Source of the DNA: Hemiscyllium ocellatum
Lineage: Eukaryota
Direction of reading: 5' to 3'
Length of the DNA stretch: 64,000 nucleotides
Assembly: GCF_020745735.1 (NCBI RefSeq)
Contig: NC_083410.1
Coordinates: 96,682,080 to 96,746,079, forward strand
Shown: piece by piece, positions 62,511-64,000 of the stretch
How positions within the stretch are numbered: the stretch's first letter is position 1
Layout: each line of letters starts with the position of its first letter
Made by a program: the position numbers and the translations under genes
Notes under the pieces: generated by a model
What the model was told of the DNA's origin: nothing
What the model saw: only the letters and a program-made list of their open reading frames with translations
Databases searched by the model: none

Positions 62511-63409
62511 CATCTCCACACACACCAAGCCTTGTAATCTCATGGGTTGCTTTCATCATAGCCAACCCAATTCCACCCACTATTGAGCCCCGTTAGCAGC
62601 TTCTCTCTCCTCCCAAACTCACCATCATCCACTCCTTTGTCTGTCCATCTGCTGTTCTCACTCTCTGAGCTCTATCTATCATTTATTCCTCCACCTCTTT
62701 ACCGACTTTCTCTCTGTGTCACACTCTCTCTCTCTCTCTGTATGTGTGCGTGGGTCACATGCGCTGTCACACTCTCAGACATACCAAGTCCCTCCTACCT
62801 GTAGGTAGTCCTGAAGACTGGGCCCCAAAATGTGAATTGCTTTCTCTCCACAGATGCTGCCAGGCTGTGTTGAGTTTCTCTAGCTATTTTTGTTTTTGAA
62901 TAAGATTATGGGGATTTAAAAAGTCATTCTTTCTATTCTCACACGGTTGTTCCTTCTCTCAATTCCTAAAGCCTGGGCCTCTGTGTTGGGCTGTGAATCT
63001 TTCAGGGACAGCAATCCTCTGATAGTTGGCCATTCTTGATCCTGGATGGTGAGTGGTAACCAGTCATTCAGTGGTGGGATCAGCATACTGTTAACCTTTA
63101 CACAGATTCACCTTGCAGCACAGACTGCAGAATAATAAAGACCAGGGACCCCAACTGATTGCTTTGCCCCTCCCTCCTACTCCTGTACTGAGAAGATCAG
63201 TTGAGCAGTTCTGCCTGCCTGCCATCCCTCCATCAGGAATTTTATCACTGCAGGTCACTGCCATAGTAATGGTGCATCCTGTGAACAATTCTGTGTGCAA
63301 TTCACATCAGCTATGGACATTGGGCGAAGTTTCCGATCACTAATAAGAGACCTATGGTATGTTTAAACGATAAAAGTATGTGCTAACTATACTTTTTGTT
63401 TTCTTGTAG

Positions 63410-63470
63410 TAAAAATCACCAATGGCACAGCCTCAGTTTGTCTCATCATTGGCCTCAGACTGTGTGTTTG
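63410..63470 (+). CDS. RNASET2: Ribonuclease T2-like, second coding exon; gene continues beyond the right edge
   Basis: ttttgttttcttgtag|61 nt|gtgagt encodes (C)KNHQWHSLSLSHHWPQTVCL, similar to the recalled human RNASET2 NHEWKKLIMVQHWPETVC. Confidence 0.88.
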
Positions 63471-64000
63471 GTGAGTCTGTACCTGTTGCTGTGTTGTGGT
63501 ATTGACTGTTTTTACCTTTCCCCCTTCTGCTTGAACTAAACTTTTTTTTTAAAAAAGTGTCCTAAAATTCAAAGATGTGCAAAGCTTGTTGATTATCATT
63601 TGCTTTTATTTTATTCTGTCCACTTTCACTTCTCGTTCTTGCGTAATGTTACTTGAATCTATCTAAGTCAGTACTAAACTTACATATACATGACTCTGCT
63701 CAATGGTCAATCACCATTTGAATCGTCCAGTATTTCAGCTTCCTCATATCAGCGCTCCATGAGTTGCTGCAAGTCAGTCTCTGTGTTTTTGCTGTAAATT
63801 GTGTAATGTGCACTCGGGCAGTCCAGGGAATGTTCAGTAGCTTGATTCTGGGACTGGCAGGATTTTCCTGTGAGGGAAGGTTGAGTATGTTGAGATAAAT
63901 GGGCGGAAACCTCATTGAAACATAGAATGGTCCCATTCTAAGGGGCGCTATTGGTGTTGAGGTGATGTCACTGGGACTGGTAATCCAGAACCCCCAAGTT

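Overview
Vertebrate nuclear DNA, almost certainly an elasmobranch (shark-type HE1/V-SINEs with CR1/HER1-type LINEs, plus DeuSINEs and Penelope-like elements). Most of the window is transposon debris, and nearly all ORF-track calls are repeat artefacts. Three spliced host genes can be read from the sequence. (1) The first coding exon of a nesprin-1/SYNE1-like gene on the minus strand (4790-4856, MATGRQYGRSPLDIANVMQKLQ); the gene continues off the left edge. (2) A complete 4-exon cytochrome c oxidase subunit 7A gene on the minus strand (33605-48602, 84 aa) with a CpG-island promoter. (3) The first two coding exons of an RNase T2 (RNASET2-like) gene on the plus strand (60350-63470), divergent from COX7A and running off the right edge. 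The most notable observations are: a SYNE1-like giant-nesprin start next to a COX7A gene, which resembles the mammalian SYNE4-COX7A1 region rather than the SYNE1 locus; many small fold-back Penelope-derived insertions with target-site duplications and hammerhead-ribozyme cores; a TSD-flanked ORF1-only (HAL1-like) L1; and a candidate internal start/micro-exon pair in COX7A intron 2. Repeat boundaries are approximate and protein identifications come from recalled sequences, not database searches.
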